Assembly: GCA_040954595.2 (NCBI GenBank)
Contig: CM082579.2
Location: 4,081,227 to 4,145,226 of the forward strand
From: Balanoglossus misakiensis
Lineage: Eukaryota; Animalia; Hemichordata
Length of the DNA stretch: 64,000 nt
Direction: 5' to 3'
The translations under genes and the position numbers were made by a program. A model generated the notes under the pieces. That model did not search any database and had not been told where the DNA came from. It was given only the letters and a program-made list of their open reading frames with translations. Shown one piece after another: positions 11,519-24,070 of this stretch. How positions within the stretch are numbered: the stretch's first letter is position 1; each line of letters opens with the position of its first letter.

Positions 11519-14441
11519 TCAGAGTTCGTCTCTGTTCCGTTTCTTTCCTCTCTGAATTTTTTCCGGTATTTTGAACGGCACAGGCAGTGTAGCTATTCTT
11601 TCCGTGTCACTTCCAGTTACGAGAGTAATCTTCCTTGTCTTTACTTTGCAACCCATTGTGTTGACGTGGCCCAGAAACCTGGAAAAATAATACAAGACAG
11701 AGAGGTGAGCAAATCCAGAATTTGAAGATGACGACACATGTGGAGAAAAGTCCATCTGGTTTAATGTGTAGGTTGATGCAAAAAACATGAACCTTATGAC
11801 AAACAAGTTTCTGGACTCACTTTCTTAATGTCATCTTCAGATCTTTCTGAAGCTGGTTTAGACTGAGTTCAAACTCATCTATGTGTAGACACAGGATGAT
11901 GATGTACGACAGCAGCTTGTCTTTAACTCTGGCTGGGATATATCTGATGAATGAGAAAATAAACAATACATCTGATAAATTGGAAAGTTTGCCTTGGTAA
12001 TAAATGTCAGATAGACGAACATATCACACCTACATATGGTACACACCCCCCCTCCTGCCTTCCTGTCTCTTCCCTGTAATTTTGTGAAAGACAATTGTTG
12101 ATATCTTACCTGAAAGTTTTGTTGGGAGATGTTGGATCATTTGCGGTTATTGTAAAGTCATGAAGTATTGAAAACTTGACAGACTTTGGAATGTCTTCTG
12201 GAAATAAGACTGAAATAATGGAAGAGAAAAAATGTTTATTATTAGAGAATCCCTGATAGAGACTATAATCCCCCCAGCACATATTCTGTGCATGTTATCT
12301 AGCAGGGACTGAAATGATGGACTGAATGGATGGCCAAATTGACAGGAAATGCATGTACCTTTTTTCTGTAGATCTTTAGCCTTTGTGTGAAAGAGAGACA
12401 AAAGATAGCGAAGATACATGAGGCAACAAGCTGTATGCTCCCTGTGTTCGCTGTTGCTAGGCAGCACACTCAGATGACTCAGGATGTACAAGGGGTACCT
12501 ACAAATCAAGAGGACGTCATTAAGAATTATACACTGGTATTACTGCACACACAGTCAACTGAAATGAAAGCAGTCACATTTTGGTAGACTAGTATATCTG
12601 TACATACTGTGAGTTTGATTTCCATTCCTCAATTTCTTCTTTTGTTGCCTCGACGAACACCTTGGCTGGTTGTTTTAACATTTCCAGATGTGACGGGGAA
12701 ATTACTGATAGGCAGAGTTAAAGAATTCAACAAAATGCACACAATCTGTTTTACAACAGACACAGTAAGACATAAAGGTGACTGGAGGTGTTTCAACAAG
12801 GATACTGTCATCAAATTTGAAGATTTCTTCTGGCTTACTGGCTGTTTTATCGAATGGAGGAAGAAAAGTGACAGCTGAACTTTCCGAGTCTCCATCTGAA
12901 AATATAAAGATATCATCATCATCATCATCATCATCATCACCACCACCACCACTCAATTTACACTTACCGTTCTGCACACTCCTTCCAGGTTGCTCCTTGG
13001 CCAGTTTAACAGCTGTTCCCATCACCTGGTCCAGCTCGTCCTGGCCGAGTTTATTCCGGATTCGCAATTCCATGGCACGCTTCTTCTTGGCACCACCAAA
13101 TGCTTCAGTCAGATTATCAGTCTGTTAATGAAACGTACGATACCTTCAGAATACTAGACGGAACCTAATTTGTAATTCATTTAGTGATAGGATATTTAAT
13201 AGTGAAAACCAGAGTATAACTGGTTAGACTGCGCAGAGAAATTGGCAGTGTTGTGACACTGGCTGGCAGTACCTTCTCTGCGAGTGTCAACTCTCTTCTT
13301 TCTGTTGGCTCCGCATCTTCTTCGTCTTCTGGGAGGTTGGGTCTCATGGTGAAATACTGGGCATCGTAGACCTGCATTTTGCCAGACTTCTTGTCAAGCA
13401 CTCCAAGCATATACCTACAAAGATTACAGTGTATCAGTGTATACAAACAGGGCTAGAGGATATGGAAAGATTTAGCTGATATACCTGTCCAGTTACTATG
13501 GCAATCCTCCTTTCATTAAATGGCATATTGTCCTATTATCTGCAGGGCAAAATCTCTCTTCTTTGCAGATATCAAACATAAGTTGCTAGTCATAATTTCA
13601 AAATCAAAGTTCACACAAACAAACACTTGTTCTTACTTGCAAGCTGAGTTACTCCTGGGTGCATTTCGACCGTAGTTGTAACCAACATACTGCATAGATG
13701 ACGTCTCGGCTGCCTACGTGCATGCGAACAAAACACAAATGACTTCATAACATACATGTATTTTGATAATTGTACAATTTAAATATCTAGGCATGAACAC
13801 AGTATCGCTGTGAGGATTGACATACTAACCAGAATTCTTTGGTTTTTCTTTCTTGCATCATCTGCATTGGCGTTGGCATAGTAACCAAACTGGAGGGGAT
13901 CAGAACAGCATCCTTGTGAGTCAACTTTCAGCCTGCCATTGGTAAATTGCACTGAAAAGACAGAACTCCATTAGTGTTTGATTTGCATAATAAGCGTGGG
14001 CGGATCATTAGGCTACAATGTTTAATTTTGTTACACTTCCTTGAAATGTACATGTACATAATAATAGCTTGAAATGGACATAAGCTCGCAACACTCTGAA
14101 AGTATCTTCATTTCAGTGTCATTTTACACAGTTTTCGCGCTGGTGTTATATACAGACGTCTATCGATTACAAGTAAAGGTGTGTGTTGAGTCGCAGCCGG
14201 TAACAACATGCAGCTCTCTGTCACGTGTGCTTGTGTTTCTATGAATCTTGGATCGAGTTATTAGATGGTGGCGTGACCGGACATTCGTACATCGTTACCC
14301 TCAACCTATCAATAAATCATCAGATTATGTGTTTGGTACTGTAGAGAAGAAGCTTATATTAGTTTCACCTCATAAGAACCTACCCAAAATAGCTTCATCA
14401 CGCGGTGTTTTCGAAGCCTTGTACTGAATGGAAGCAGCCAT
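11519..14441 (-). CDS. POLR1E: RNA polymerase I subunit RPA49/PAF53 (exons 14441-14384, 13951-13830, 13713-13637, 13414-13273, 13121-12968, 12895-12806, 12704-12608, 12498-12359, 12209-12110, 11943-11821, 11678-11519)
   Basis: Eleven GT-AG exons join in frame to 1263 nt (420 aa). Motifs include VQFTNGRL, YMLGVLDKKSGKMQVYDAQ, LTEAFGGAKKKRA, FLPPFDKTASKPEEIFKFDDII and KDKLLSYIIILCLHIDEFELSLNQLQKDLK, all characteristic of A49/PAF53. A minus-strand AATAAA lies at about 11466-11471. Confidence 0.93.
12912..12952. repeat. (ATC)n/(ACC)n compound microsatellite in POLR1E intron 5
   Basis: The run atcatcatc...atcaccaccaccacc fills most of the 72-nt intron at 12896-12967. Confidence 0.95.
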
Positions 14442-15644
14442 GTGTCTTTCTGATTCCAGAGTGCAAGGTTCAGACTCTCCAAAGAAGAGAAAACGTCATT
14501 GGACAAAAGTTAATATCAGCCACTATACTGACCAATCGAAATATGGCTTCCATAACAGTTGGTCGGCCACGTCGGCTGTTCACCTCAGCACTTCCGGAAT
14601 TGATTACCCCTGGTCACGTGAGCAGCTCATCACTTTCATCGATCCAAGGCCGCTGTTTGCTGGCATTGATGCAAACATACACATATATGCGTGTGTCGGC
14701 TTTATAGATTGATCGCGGGGTTTAAAAGCTTTATCGATTCCACACGAGCAGAACCTGTTGTTTAACTCATCGACGTAAGTTGTTCGCCTATCCTTACAAT
14801 TTTTTTCCCAAGCGAAAGTGACCTAGAGAGACATCTCCGTCGTATCATCAGCGCACGAAGAGGAAAGGGGGCGTTCCGTTTTCAACGACTAGATCGCCAT
14901 CATCACAATAGTAAGAGTTCGCATCCCTGCATCTGCCTTTGACTTTGCAATCGTACAACGTAGCACCTTCGATCGAGTGGAAAGAAAAAGTACTTCAGCA
15001 CTTAGAGGAAGGCCAACCGAGTAGGTGTTTCGGAATCCCAAGCTGTTGTCATTTTAAAGCTATATTAATTGGCTTGCCCCAACCGGCGAGAAACCTCTCG
15101 GGTAACATCTCGACTGGCCGCCCAGCTGTGTGATCGCGCGTGTATGCTGGCATACTGATTGATCGCGGGGTTTAAAAGCTTTATCGATTCCACACGAGCA
15201 GAACCTGTTGTTTAACTCATCGACGTAAGTTGTTCGCCTATCCTTACAATTTTTTTCCCAAGCGAAAGTGACCTAGAGAGACATCTCCGTCGTATCATCA
15301 GCGCACGAAGAGGAAAGGGGGCGTTCCGTTTTCAACGACTAGATCGCCATCATCACAATAGTAAGAGTTCGCATCCCTGCATCTGCCTTTGACTTTGCAA
15401 TCGTACAACGTAGCACCTTCGATCGAGTGGAAAGAAAAAGTACTTCAGCACTTAGAGGAAGGCCAACCGAGTAGGTGTTTCGGAATCCCAAGCTGTTGTC
15501 ATTTTAAAGCTATATTAATTGGCTTGCCCCAACCGGCGAGAAACCTCTCGGGTAACATCTCGACTGGCCGCCCAGCTGTGTGATCGCGCGTGTATGCTGG
15601 CATACTGATTATTTATACATCAAGCTTTGGTTTTGAATTGAGAC
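14442..15644. promoter_or_regulatory. Bidirectional promoter between POLR1E and the CRAL-TRIO gene
   Basis: Divergent ATGs lie at 14441 (-) and 15645 (+). The interval is CpG-rich, with an ETS-like CACTTCCGG at about 14589 and an E-box GTCACGTGA at about 14613. Confidence 0.75.
14707..15610. repeat. Exact tandem duplication, 2 x 450 bp, with 4-bp GATT microhomology at the junctions
   Basis: 14707-15156 matches 15157-15606, and GATT recurs at 15607-15610. The ORF track shows identical 64-aa ORFs at 14939 and 15389. Confidence 0.97.
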
Positions 15645-18600
15645 ATGGCTTCGACTCCTGCCCCCATCAACGAAAATGATTTCAAGGAATTGAAGAGTAG
15701 ATTACAGGTACGTATCACAGGCCACGCCCCCTCAGTGCAGTACAATTTCACCATATTTTTAATATCGGGACAATTTATTTAACCTGTCACAATTTTAACA
15801 CACTTTTTGCACACATGATTTCCATTTTTAATAACATAATTCTATTGACTGCATTTATTGCTCAAACACGTACTGAAACAGCAAAAACGTGGCAAAAGTG
15901 TGTGCATCTGTTACATTGTTTCCAATGTCCCATTTATTCTAAAGTAAATGGTATCCGAAGCATCTATATAAAAAAATTACCACGTCAAATTCAGATTTAT
16001 CCAACTGAGAAATAAAATTCAATTTATGAAGACTGCATTTAATATGAGGTTAATTTTCTTCACAGAACCACATGGTAGATACCACATGCTGGATAATGTA
16101 CACCTAAACATTTTAATCCATAAAACACATACCAGTAGATGTCAAACGACTGGTATAATAGATGTATTTATGGAAAGGAAAAAAATGTTACACATGTATA
16201 GAGGTTAGGGTCATATCAGCGGATATGTTGTCATGATACTGTTTGTGGTCAGGCCCATCCAGACTTTAGAGTGAATTAAATTTCCTCTGCAAAGATCGAA
16301 TTCTTGATCGGAAGGACGCTGGATCTTTGTTTAATACAAACACTGTCAAATTTGTGCGAAAGTTCTATCATGATGTAAAAATTGGGGGGAAGATGTGCAC
16401 ACAAGATAATTGCCTGACACGAATGACTGACGTGTAAATATGAGCAAAAATAGAAACCTGACAAACACATAAAGATGGTGAGATACTGGTTCATCATGTT
16501 TAGAAATTTGCATACAAGAGTTGTGCTATCCAGTAGTCATTTTGGCTCATCACTCCATAATGTGGCTGGGTTGAATATAAATGTCTAATCATGATGGACT
16601 GAATACAGAGACATGTTAGAACCAGTTTCTCTGCTGACAATGCCTCTGTGGATCCCACCCATTATTATTCATGTGCTCAACAAGAGAAGTGCTGGACAGT
16701 AATGTAATTATACATGTCAAATGAAATTTAAATAATGTTATTACTGGATTTAGATAACAACTGGCCAAAGCGATAAACATTCATTGCCATGATGTCTGCT
16801 GGTTTATTGAAAATTAACTTATTTTAGGTTTTATTGCAAAGTGACAATACATACATACATACTTTCTTACTTTCACTTAACATTATTGTTGACCTATTTA
16901 TATCGGTTGTTAAACACAGTGCATAATAATCATGGCTTACATTTGAATTTTATTTTTCTATTTTATCCCATAGCTTATCTTTGAAGCTGACCCAGCACAG
17001 GTAATGTTAACCTTTTTACACATATTTCCAGTCCTATTGAATAGGTTGTATGTCCATATGATGAGATGAGAGGGCCAAGGTCAATGCTGTGAAACAGGTC
17101 TATGTGCTGTGCTCAAAAATTTTGCTGTGTAGAATCTTTGTCGTCACCAATGATCGGTTGATCTGATCACAAAACCTGGCTATATTATTTGCCCTCTGAC
17201 AAGTGGAAAGCGAATGTAAATTACACATGTCATCAGTTGTTCTACGTGTTATATAACACCATAATTATATGCATGGTTATTAATATTTGACTGCGTATTA
17301 TCAACTGCTTTTAACCTACCTCTTAATATTTTGAAATACGTGTTACTCTCGAAATATTGACTTTGGTCTAATCTTACTGTTTGAAAGCAACAAATAGTTT
17401 CTAAATGGATTATTCATGATGTTTTTGGCCCAAGGGTTTTTGGATGTACTAGGGATGTGAAATTTGGTCCAATTGCATAAATGCACATAAATGGTGGAAA
17501 TTTTGGTCACCATTATCATTATAAGTCAATCATGATATTCAATACATTTATTCAAAATGTCACCAGTCTTTATACTTAACTTAGAAGAAGGCTCACTGAT
17601 GTCAGATTTCCCCCAATTTAGCAATAAGAATATTATTTTTGTAGACATCATTCCTTTGAGCAATTAAGACATTATAAGATCATAAGCAGAGGAAAATTTC
17701 TACAAGAAATGGGGAAAAGCAATATGCGATTACATAAACATTTAATGTCTAGGAAGACGCAGTTGCCATGGTAATCATGGCAAAAGCTTTCAAGGTGGCA
17801 GTGGCTGGCATAATTACTGTTTTTTATGCATTTGTGAATGCAGTGCCTGAGGACTCCAGCCAGCATCTGTGCCCTTGTATTATCAGAATATATTATATTG
17901 GTTGTAAAGGGACTAATATACCGACTGGATTTGACAGCATGACAGCTGCCCTTTTTTCCCTTGTGTGGGTTATAATCGTTGTGTTGCAATGTATTAACTG
18001 TCGTTATGTGTTTTTTTTCTGTGAAAGGTTTGGGAAATGAACTATTGGTTTGTACTGTACCTGCCCCGTTTTCATGATTCAATCTATCGTAGCTGAAATA
18101 ATCAATCGCAAACAATCTATTTCAGGGCCATTTCAGTAGACGGCTCCTTTCAAAGAATTTTCAGTCAGGTACTGAACAGAGAATGTACACCTACAAGAGG
18201 GTGTATTGTTGGAACGCTTGAATATTTAGAAACTCAAAATTGAACTTTTCATTGCATGGAAATCAAAACGAAAACATCTAAAATTCATTTTACCCCATGC
18301 TATATAAAGGTGTTTGTACATCTATATCGGAAGGTAATGTCATCATTTAAAGACTAGCCTATAAGGTAAACAGGCATTCCCCTGTTGGGTGTCCCATCAG
18401 CTGCAGAGAGCTACATAAAACACACGCTGTTTTGAAATCAGTATAAAATGTATATAGCCAGAGGCGGACATCGAAATTCCACGTTTTTTATTGTTGTGTG
18501 TAACTACACGTCTGTGTTGGAGTTATTTCAGGATAAATATAATGTTCCTTCTGGTTGAATAGCCATATTGAATTGTAATTTTTCACGCGTGTAATTTCCA

Positions 18601-21600
18601 ACAACAGTAAGATAGTGAGAATGCACGGTAACCGGCGGTACTCTTTGGGTACAATTTGTACAGGAAATCATGCGACAAATCATGTAGAAAATATACCTAT
18701 TTTATTTCAGTATTTCTTCATGTGCTGAGACAAAAAAACACTCAGTGTCTGTTATTATCTGTCTTCAGCAGAGGAAGACTTAACGTCAACAACTGTATGA
18801 ATTATTGTGGGTTTTATTTTTGATGCTGGCCAGCCAGCAGACAAATCCATGTGGGCACTTTATGACGTGAGGCATGCAAGCAAATGAGGCTGTCTCCCTG
18901 GCGAGCAACTAATAATGAGTATTTTGTCTGCAGAATGCTTGTCAGGCTAATACTATCAAATTATCCCTACATTTCACCCACTGGGTGATTTTGCAATTTG
19001 TTTTTACCTTAAATTTTCATGTCAGTTACTCGTAATGTTTCACTGCTTCTCAATTTACTCGGCACAATTGGTTTAGGGTCAATGGGTAAAAAATCAGTGT
19101 AGGTAATTTTCAGACCCAAATAATGTCTTTTTTTCCTTCGCCCTCTTATAGTAATGGCACATCCTGAATTGTCTCAAGCCTACTAATATCCTGCTGAGAT
19201 ATGGGGACACATATTTTGTCATTTATGTACATTTTATAACCACATGTATGATGTGACATTAGAGCTCGAACAGCAGATCACTCAGCATGTTTTAGTGAGA
19301 AAACACTGTTAAGCAATTTCACAAATGCGACAGCATCAATCATTTGTGACTTTGCCCATTAAATTTTGATACGAGTGTAAGATTTCAAGGCAGGTATCTT
19401 TTACAAGGTGGAATATCCAAATGTTATTAAAAAGACTAAAGAGATCAGGTTTTAAGTTTCACACCAAAATTGAAGACCACTGCTGACAGAATCACACTCA
19501 TTTTCAGGAAGTGTGGTAGCCATAGCAACTAGCCATCTATCCAGTTATCTTGGATTAAACATCCACAAGAAACTATTCACCGTGGGCATAAATTTTTGAT
19601 TCTGAGTGACCTAGCAATCCTAGGTTATGAGATTAACACAGCATGCATCCCCTAAAGCATATTGCATCTGATTCAGCATGTGCAGCGGTATAGTAACGGC
19701 GGCCATTTTCTTTTTGACTTGCAGTTCCAAACTGATGCCTCATTGAAACGGTTCATGAAGGCGTTCCTGACAGTGAACGGAGCGTTTACGGCCGTCCTCA
19801 AGTGTAACAAGTGGAGACGGGAGTACGGTGTTGCGAGCCTCACAGCAGAGGCTGATGACATAAAAGGACAGATGGACATAGGCACTTGTAAGATACTGCC
19901 ACACAGAGATATTGAAGGAAGGTTAGTATTTGTAAAAAAATAAATAAAATAAATCTAAATAAATCTATAGAAACTACACTACTTAGGCATTAATTAGTAG
20001 AATTTTGAATAATTACACTGAAATTTGGATATCAAAGACACAAAGTGAGTCTGTCAGATAGAATGGGACACGTTCTTATGCAACAGGCTTCTCAGGAAAT
20101 TGCAAATGCGTCATCGAGTGTTCAGTGAAGATGCAGCTGATTTGATGTTTGCGCAGTCAGCCTCGTGCAATTATTCAAGGCTTTGATGCTTTCATTAGCA
20201 ACCGCTTCAATAATGGCCAAAGCTACAGATTGGTGTCTTGGTTGCCCTGGCAACAGAGGAGGTTGCGTAGGACCCGGAGATGGTGATGTCAGCAATTAGG
20301 CCTGCTCTGGAATAAAATGTCGCATGCTGACTAAGTGCAAGTGTTCTGTAGACACTTGGCATTGAAGAAGTCATGTGATAACTGTACAAATGAAAACAGG
20401 GCAGATTCAATGGAATAAAATTTATTACAAAGTCCCCCAAAATAAAAGTTTCAATTTTTTAAATCTTCACAAAGACAAACAAATGTACCATGACGTATGT
20501 GCTATCAGTTTGCATACTCACTGTACACTGCAAACCGATTTGATATGGTTTTGTGTATAACAGTGAATTCCTTTCAGTCAGCCATGTGTGCCCTACGACT
20601 TTTTAAAAGAACATTATGCCAGAGTCGAGTTAATCCTTTAGAAGGACATATGCGCCAGTGTGGAGGTCACGCTGTAAAACACCAGCATGGTTATTTCAGT
20701 CACATCGTTTTTTAGAGATCATGGCTGAAATGAGGGACAGGCAACAATAGCATTAATAGTTATATAAATATCTGCTTTCTATTATTGCAAGGCATATTAA
20801 TTTGAATATCACCAGTGTTCTAATTTTTCATTTTAATATTCATCGTACATTTTCCGTTGTGTGAAGTGTAGTCTATCTCATTTCACCAACCATATGTTAC
20901 CCACATTCGTTTATACTGCTAACTTAATCCTCATATACCGTTCTCACTTTTATGCTCTCCTGCAGACCTATTATTCTAATCACGGCTAAATTACACAACG
21001 CCTATGACAGAGAGATAGATGCCCTCACCAAATACACAGTTTATTTACTGGTAAGTTTTTGTTTCACATTTGATAGGCACCAGTATAGCATAAGTAATCT
21101 ATCATCTGTCAATAGAAAAAGGAAAGGAACCCAGTTTGTTAAAAGCACATCAAGCTTGTGAACGGGTTTGAAGAAATCACAGAACAGGGGTAGCAATGCC
21201 ACTACGGCGAATGATAAGTACCCAACCACCTGTTGATGAAAAGGTACCATAACAATTGAATGTCGTGCACTGGGAAAACAAGAAAAATACCATTAGGGGT
21301 TGGTCATATATGTGTTAGTACCATTCATCTGTACTTTCACCATGAATGTTCAGCTTTAAAAAAATGTCTTTCAGGAAACTGCGTCCAAGAAGTGCAACGA
21401 AGATGTCATCGACAATTTGTGCGTGATATTTGACTTGAAGGATTTTAGCATGAGTAACATGGACTATCAGTTTGTCAAGAATCTGATCTGGTTGCTAACC
21501 AAGTACTACCCTGAACGTCTGGGTGTGTGTCTTATTATAAATGCTCCCATGATGTTCTGGGGGTGTTGGCAAGTTATTCGACCCTGGTAGGTGAAGTTCT

Positions 21601-21887
21601 AATCACGCTTTGGTGTCATGAAGATTGATGGTTTCTTTGCACACTTTTTATGATGAAATGGCTTTTCCTTCAAGGATATGCTTGACTTTGCTCTCACTTT
21701 GCTTTGTAGTATCAAATTAAAACTCATTTATTGTGCTTGTCTTTTCAGGTTGCATGATTACACTGCCAGTAAAGTTATGTTCGTGAATGATCGCGATCAA
21801 CTATCACAATATCTTTGTCCCGATATTCTCCCTGTCACGGTTGAAGCGCAGCAGCTGGAGCAGCAGCCTGGTGTACAACAGATGTGA
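15645..21887 (+). CDS. CRAL-TRIO (Sec14-like) lipid-binding domain protein (exons 15645-15707, 16974-17000, 19725-19921, 20966-21050, 21375-21586, 21749-21887)
   Basis: Six GT-AG exons join to 723 nt (240 aa): MASTPAPINENDFKELKSRLQ/LIFEADPAQ/FQTDASLKRFMKAF...KWRREYGV...HRDIEGR/PIILITAKLH.../...VIFDLKDFSMSNMDYQFVKNLIWLLTKYYPERLGVCLIINAPMMFWGCWQVIRPW/LHDYTASKVMFV. The D..GRP, YPERL and NAP..F...W..I.PWL motifs are classic Sec14 motifs. AATAAA signals lie at 23076 and 23174. Confidence 0.92.
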
Positions 21888-23269
21888 ATTGCCACCTACA
21901 TAGGGGCGTTCACGCATTCAATCATCAGGGTCCTTGCAGCGATTGGTGTTACTAAGTCAGGTGACCCATTGGCAACCCCAAGTCTGCGAAAAACTGTCAA
22001 GATGACTAATATTCGCGAGGCCAATGGTGACCTTTGACTTGTCACTCAATCTGAATTCCTTGACATATCAATTTAAATGAGCTTATATTCTATCATTTGT
22101 TTCTGTCCGTACGTTAATTTGTGACAGTGTCTGTTTGTATACGACTTCTAAGCACATGCCTTTCTGATGATACAAATTAACGTTGACACGTAGCCATGCA
22201 GTGTGTTTATTGATCTGATAGTAGTTTTCTGTGATGTTTTATATTTTAGAAAGTCTGAGGTTTAGGATTGCACCATATTTCTGGTGATTGGAATGTGGCA
22301 TAGGTTTCTGCATAGTACTTGCTCCGGTGCTATTGTGACACTGTTGCCAACGACAACTATCATGACTGATTATCAATCTTCTAGATAATTATATCAATTT
22401 TATCACTTTTAATAACGTAGCGCTACATTGACTTGTTTTAACATGTGCCAGGGTGGTAATTGTAATGTATATGCATATATTTGAACCAGTAAGATTTTAG
22501 GATATAAAAATATGAATCCAGGTATTTATATATATTTTAACAGCAATTGTTTTCGGTGCCATTTTATAAGCCATAGTGCAATCACAGTAAATGATTTTTA
22601 CTTCTGAGTTTAGTTTATACCTTGAAGAAATTTGCAGTATATAGTTTCATTACATGCAAGAATTTTCCATTCAAATTTTAAAAGGTTTTTGGTAGACTCA
22701 TTTGAAGTTGGATGCTCGTGCACAGTGTGAGAATAAATTCTAAGGATAGAGAGTTTTTTTCTTAGACATTTTTGAAATGTTATCCCTGAGAACCAAGTTT
22801 TATTTTAGTAGGATTTTCCAGCTTTTCATAAGGCTGCATCGTCTTGCATTAACACTAATTTATTAAAATAGTAAGTAAACAATTGAATAACATTCCTTTT
22901 ATTGATCATTACCATTAGCCATGTTTTGATAACATGTCAGCTTTTTAACTTCACTGCTGAAATCAGAAATGTGACTTTTCCTTTATAAACACATGCTGGA
23001 ATCAGTACAATAAGTTGATTTAAAAATATTTAGTGTGAAATTATGAATGATGTGTTGTATGAAATTGTTGTGATGAATAAAATTATTATGCAATACACTT
23101 CTGTGGCAGACATCTTTCTTGTCAGGACAGATCTGTGTTAAAGCCAAGCATCAGACGAACTAATACATGTGTGAATAAAATAGCATGTTATGTTTCGCAT
23201 AGATTTATTCATGGCTTTTCAAAGGTCATATGCAAGTTGCAACATAAAATTTAAAGGCCAATGTGCAGA

Positions 23270-23443
23270 TTCTCAAAGTCGCCGCCTGAGGGAGCTCTAC
23301 TTTCGAGGAAAGCCCCATACGAACAATCGAAAGACAACATGGCGACGCTCGAGAGAAATTCCTAAAGATGCGACGTTTCCCGTTTTATCAGTTTATTTAG
23401 CGTTTTTACTGGTTGACGAGCGGTACCAAGCACGGATACAGAG
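23270..23443 (+). promoter_or_regulatory. USP38 promoter and non-coding first exon
   Basis: The stretch is CpG-rich and has a YY1-like AACATGGCG at about 23336 and a donor GAG|GTAATT at 23443/23444. The matching acceptor is ...ctatag| at 24063, just before the ATG at 24071. An overlapping CRE/E-box TGACGTCACGTG lies at 23791-23802 in intron 1. Confidence 0.6.
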
Positions 23444-24070
23444 GTAATTAACATTCAAAAGTGAATTAAGTGACCATCACTGTGACAAACGGCGAATTTT
23501 ATTCGCGAGCGAACGATATTGACGCGACATCACCATAGATCAGAAACATGCTTCCTGAATCCTGGCCAGAGCTATCTATGAAGTTCGATTTGATGCTTCA
23601 TTAGCTGCCTGCAGACAGCCACGCACTTGCTGAAATTATTGTCAATTTGACGACATTTTTCAAGAGGTGTAAGTCTTGTTTGTTTCATTGTGCATGTTTT
23701 GCTGCCCTGGTAACGGTGATGATCGGAAAAATATTCAGTGGATTGTTGACAGATACAGTACATCGTGATTTCACCCGACGACGTGCTTAGTGACGTCACG
23801 TGATTGCCTGATGATGTCGCACTCTGCGAATACCTAGAACTGAATTTGTGCTCTTAAAAAGTCCCCATTTGATTTATATTTTAAAACAAGTCTTTAAATG
23901 TGTATGATTATGCTATTGATGTCTAATAGAATAACCGGTGCAGTGGTTGGAAAATGAAACTGAAATTGAAAATGTATGGTGCAATAACTATAAATATGGC
24001 GTGTGATTCTGAATATAATTGTACACTCTCACTTTCTGTGTTTTTGTTTGATTTCATCTATAGTCAAAAC

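Noticed and set aside
14939-15583. Twin 64-aa ORFs
   Set aside because: They are a by-product of the 450-bp duplication, start at TTG and show no homology I recognise.
23954-24070. N-terminal extension of the 412-aa ORF upstream of MDKILQG
   Set aside because: It is intronic: a pyrimidine tract and AG acceptor lie at 24063, and homologs start at MDKIL.
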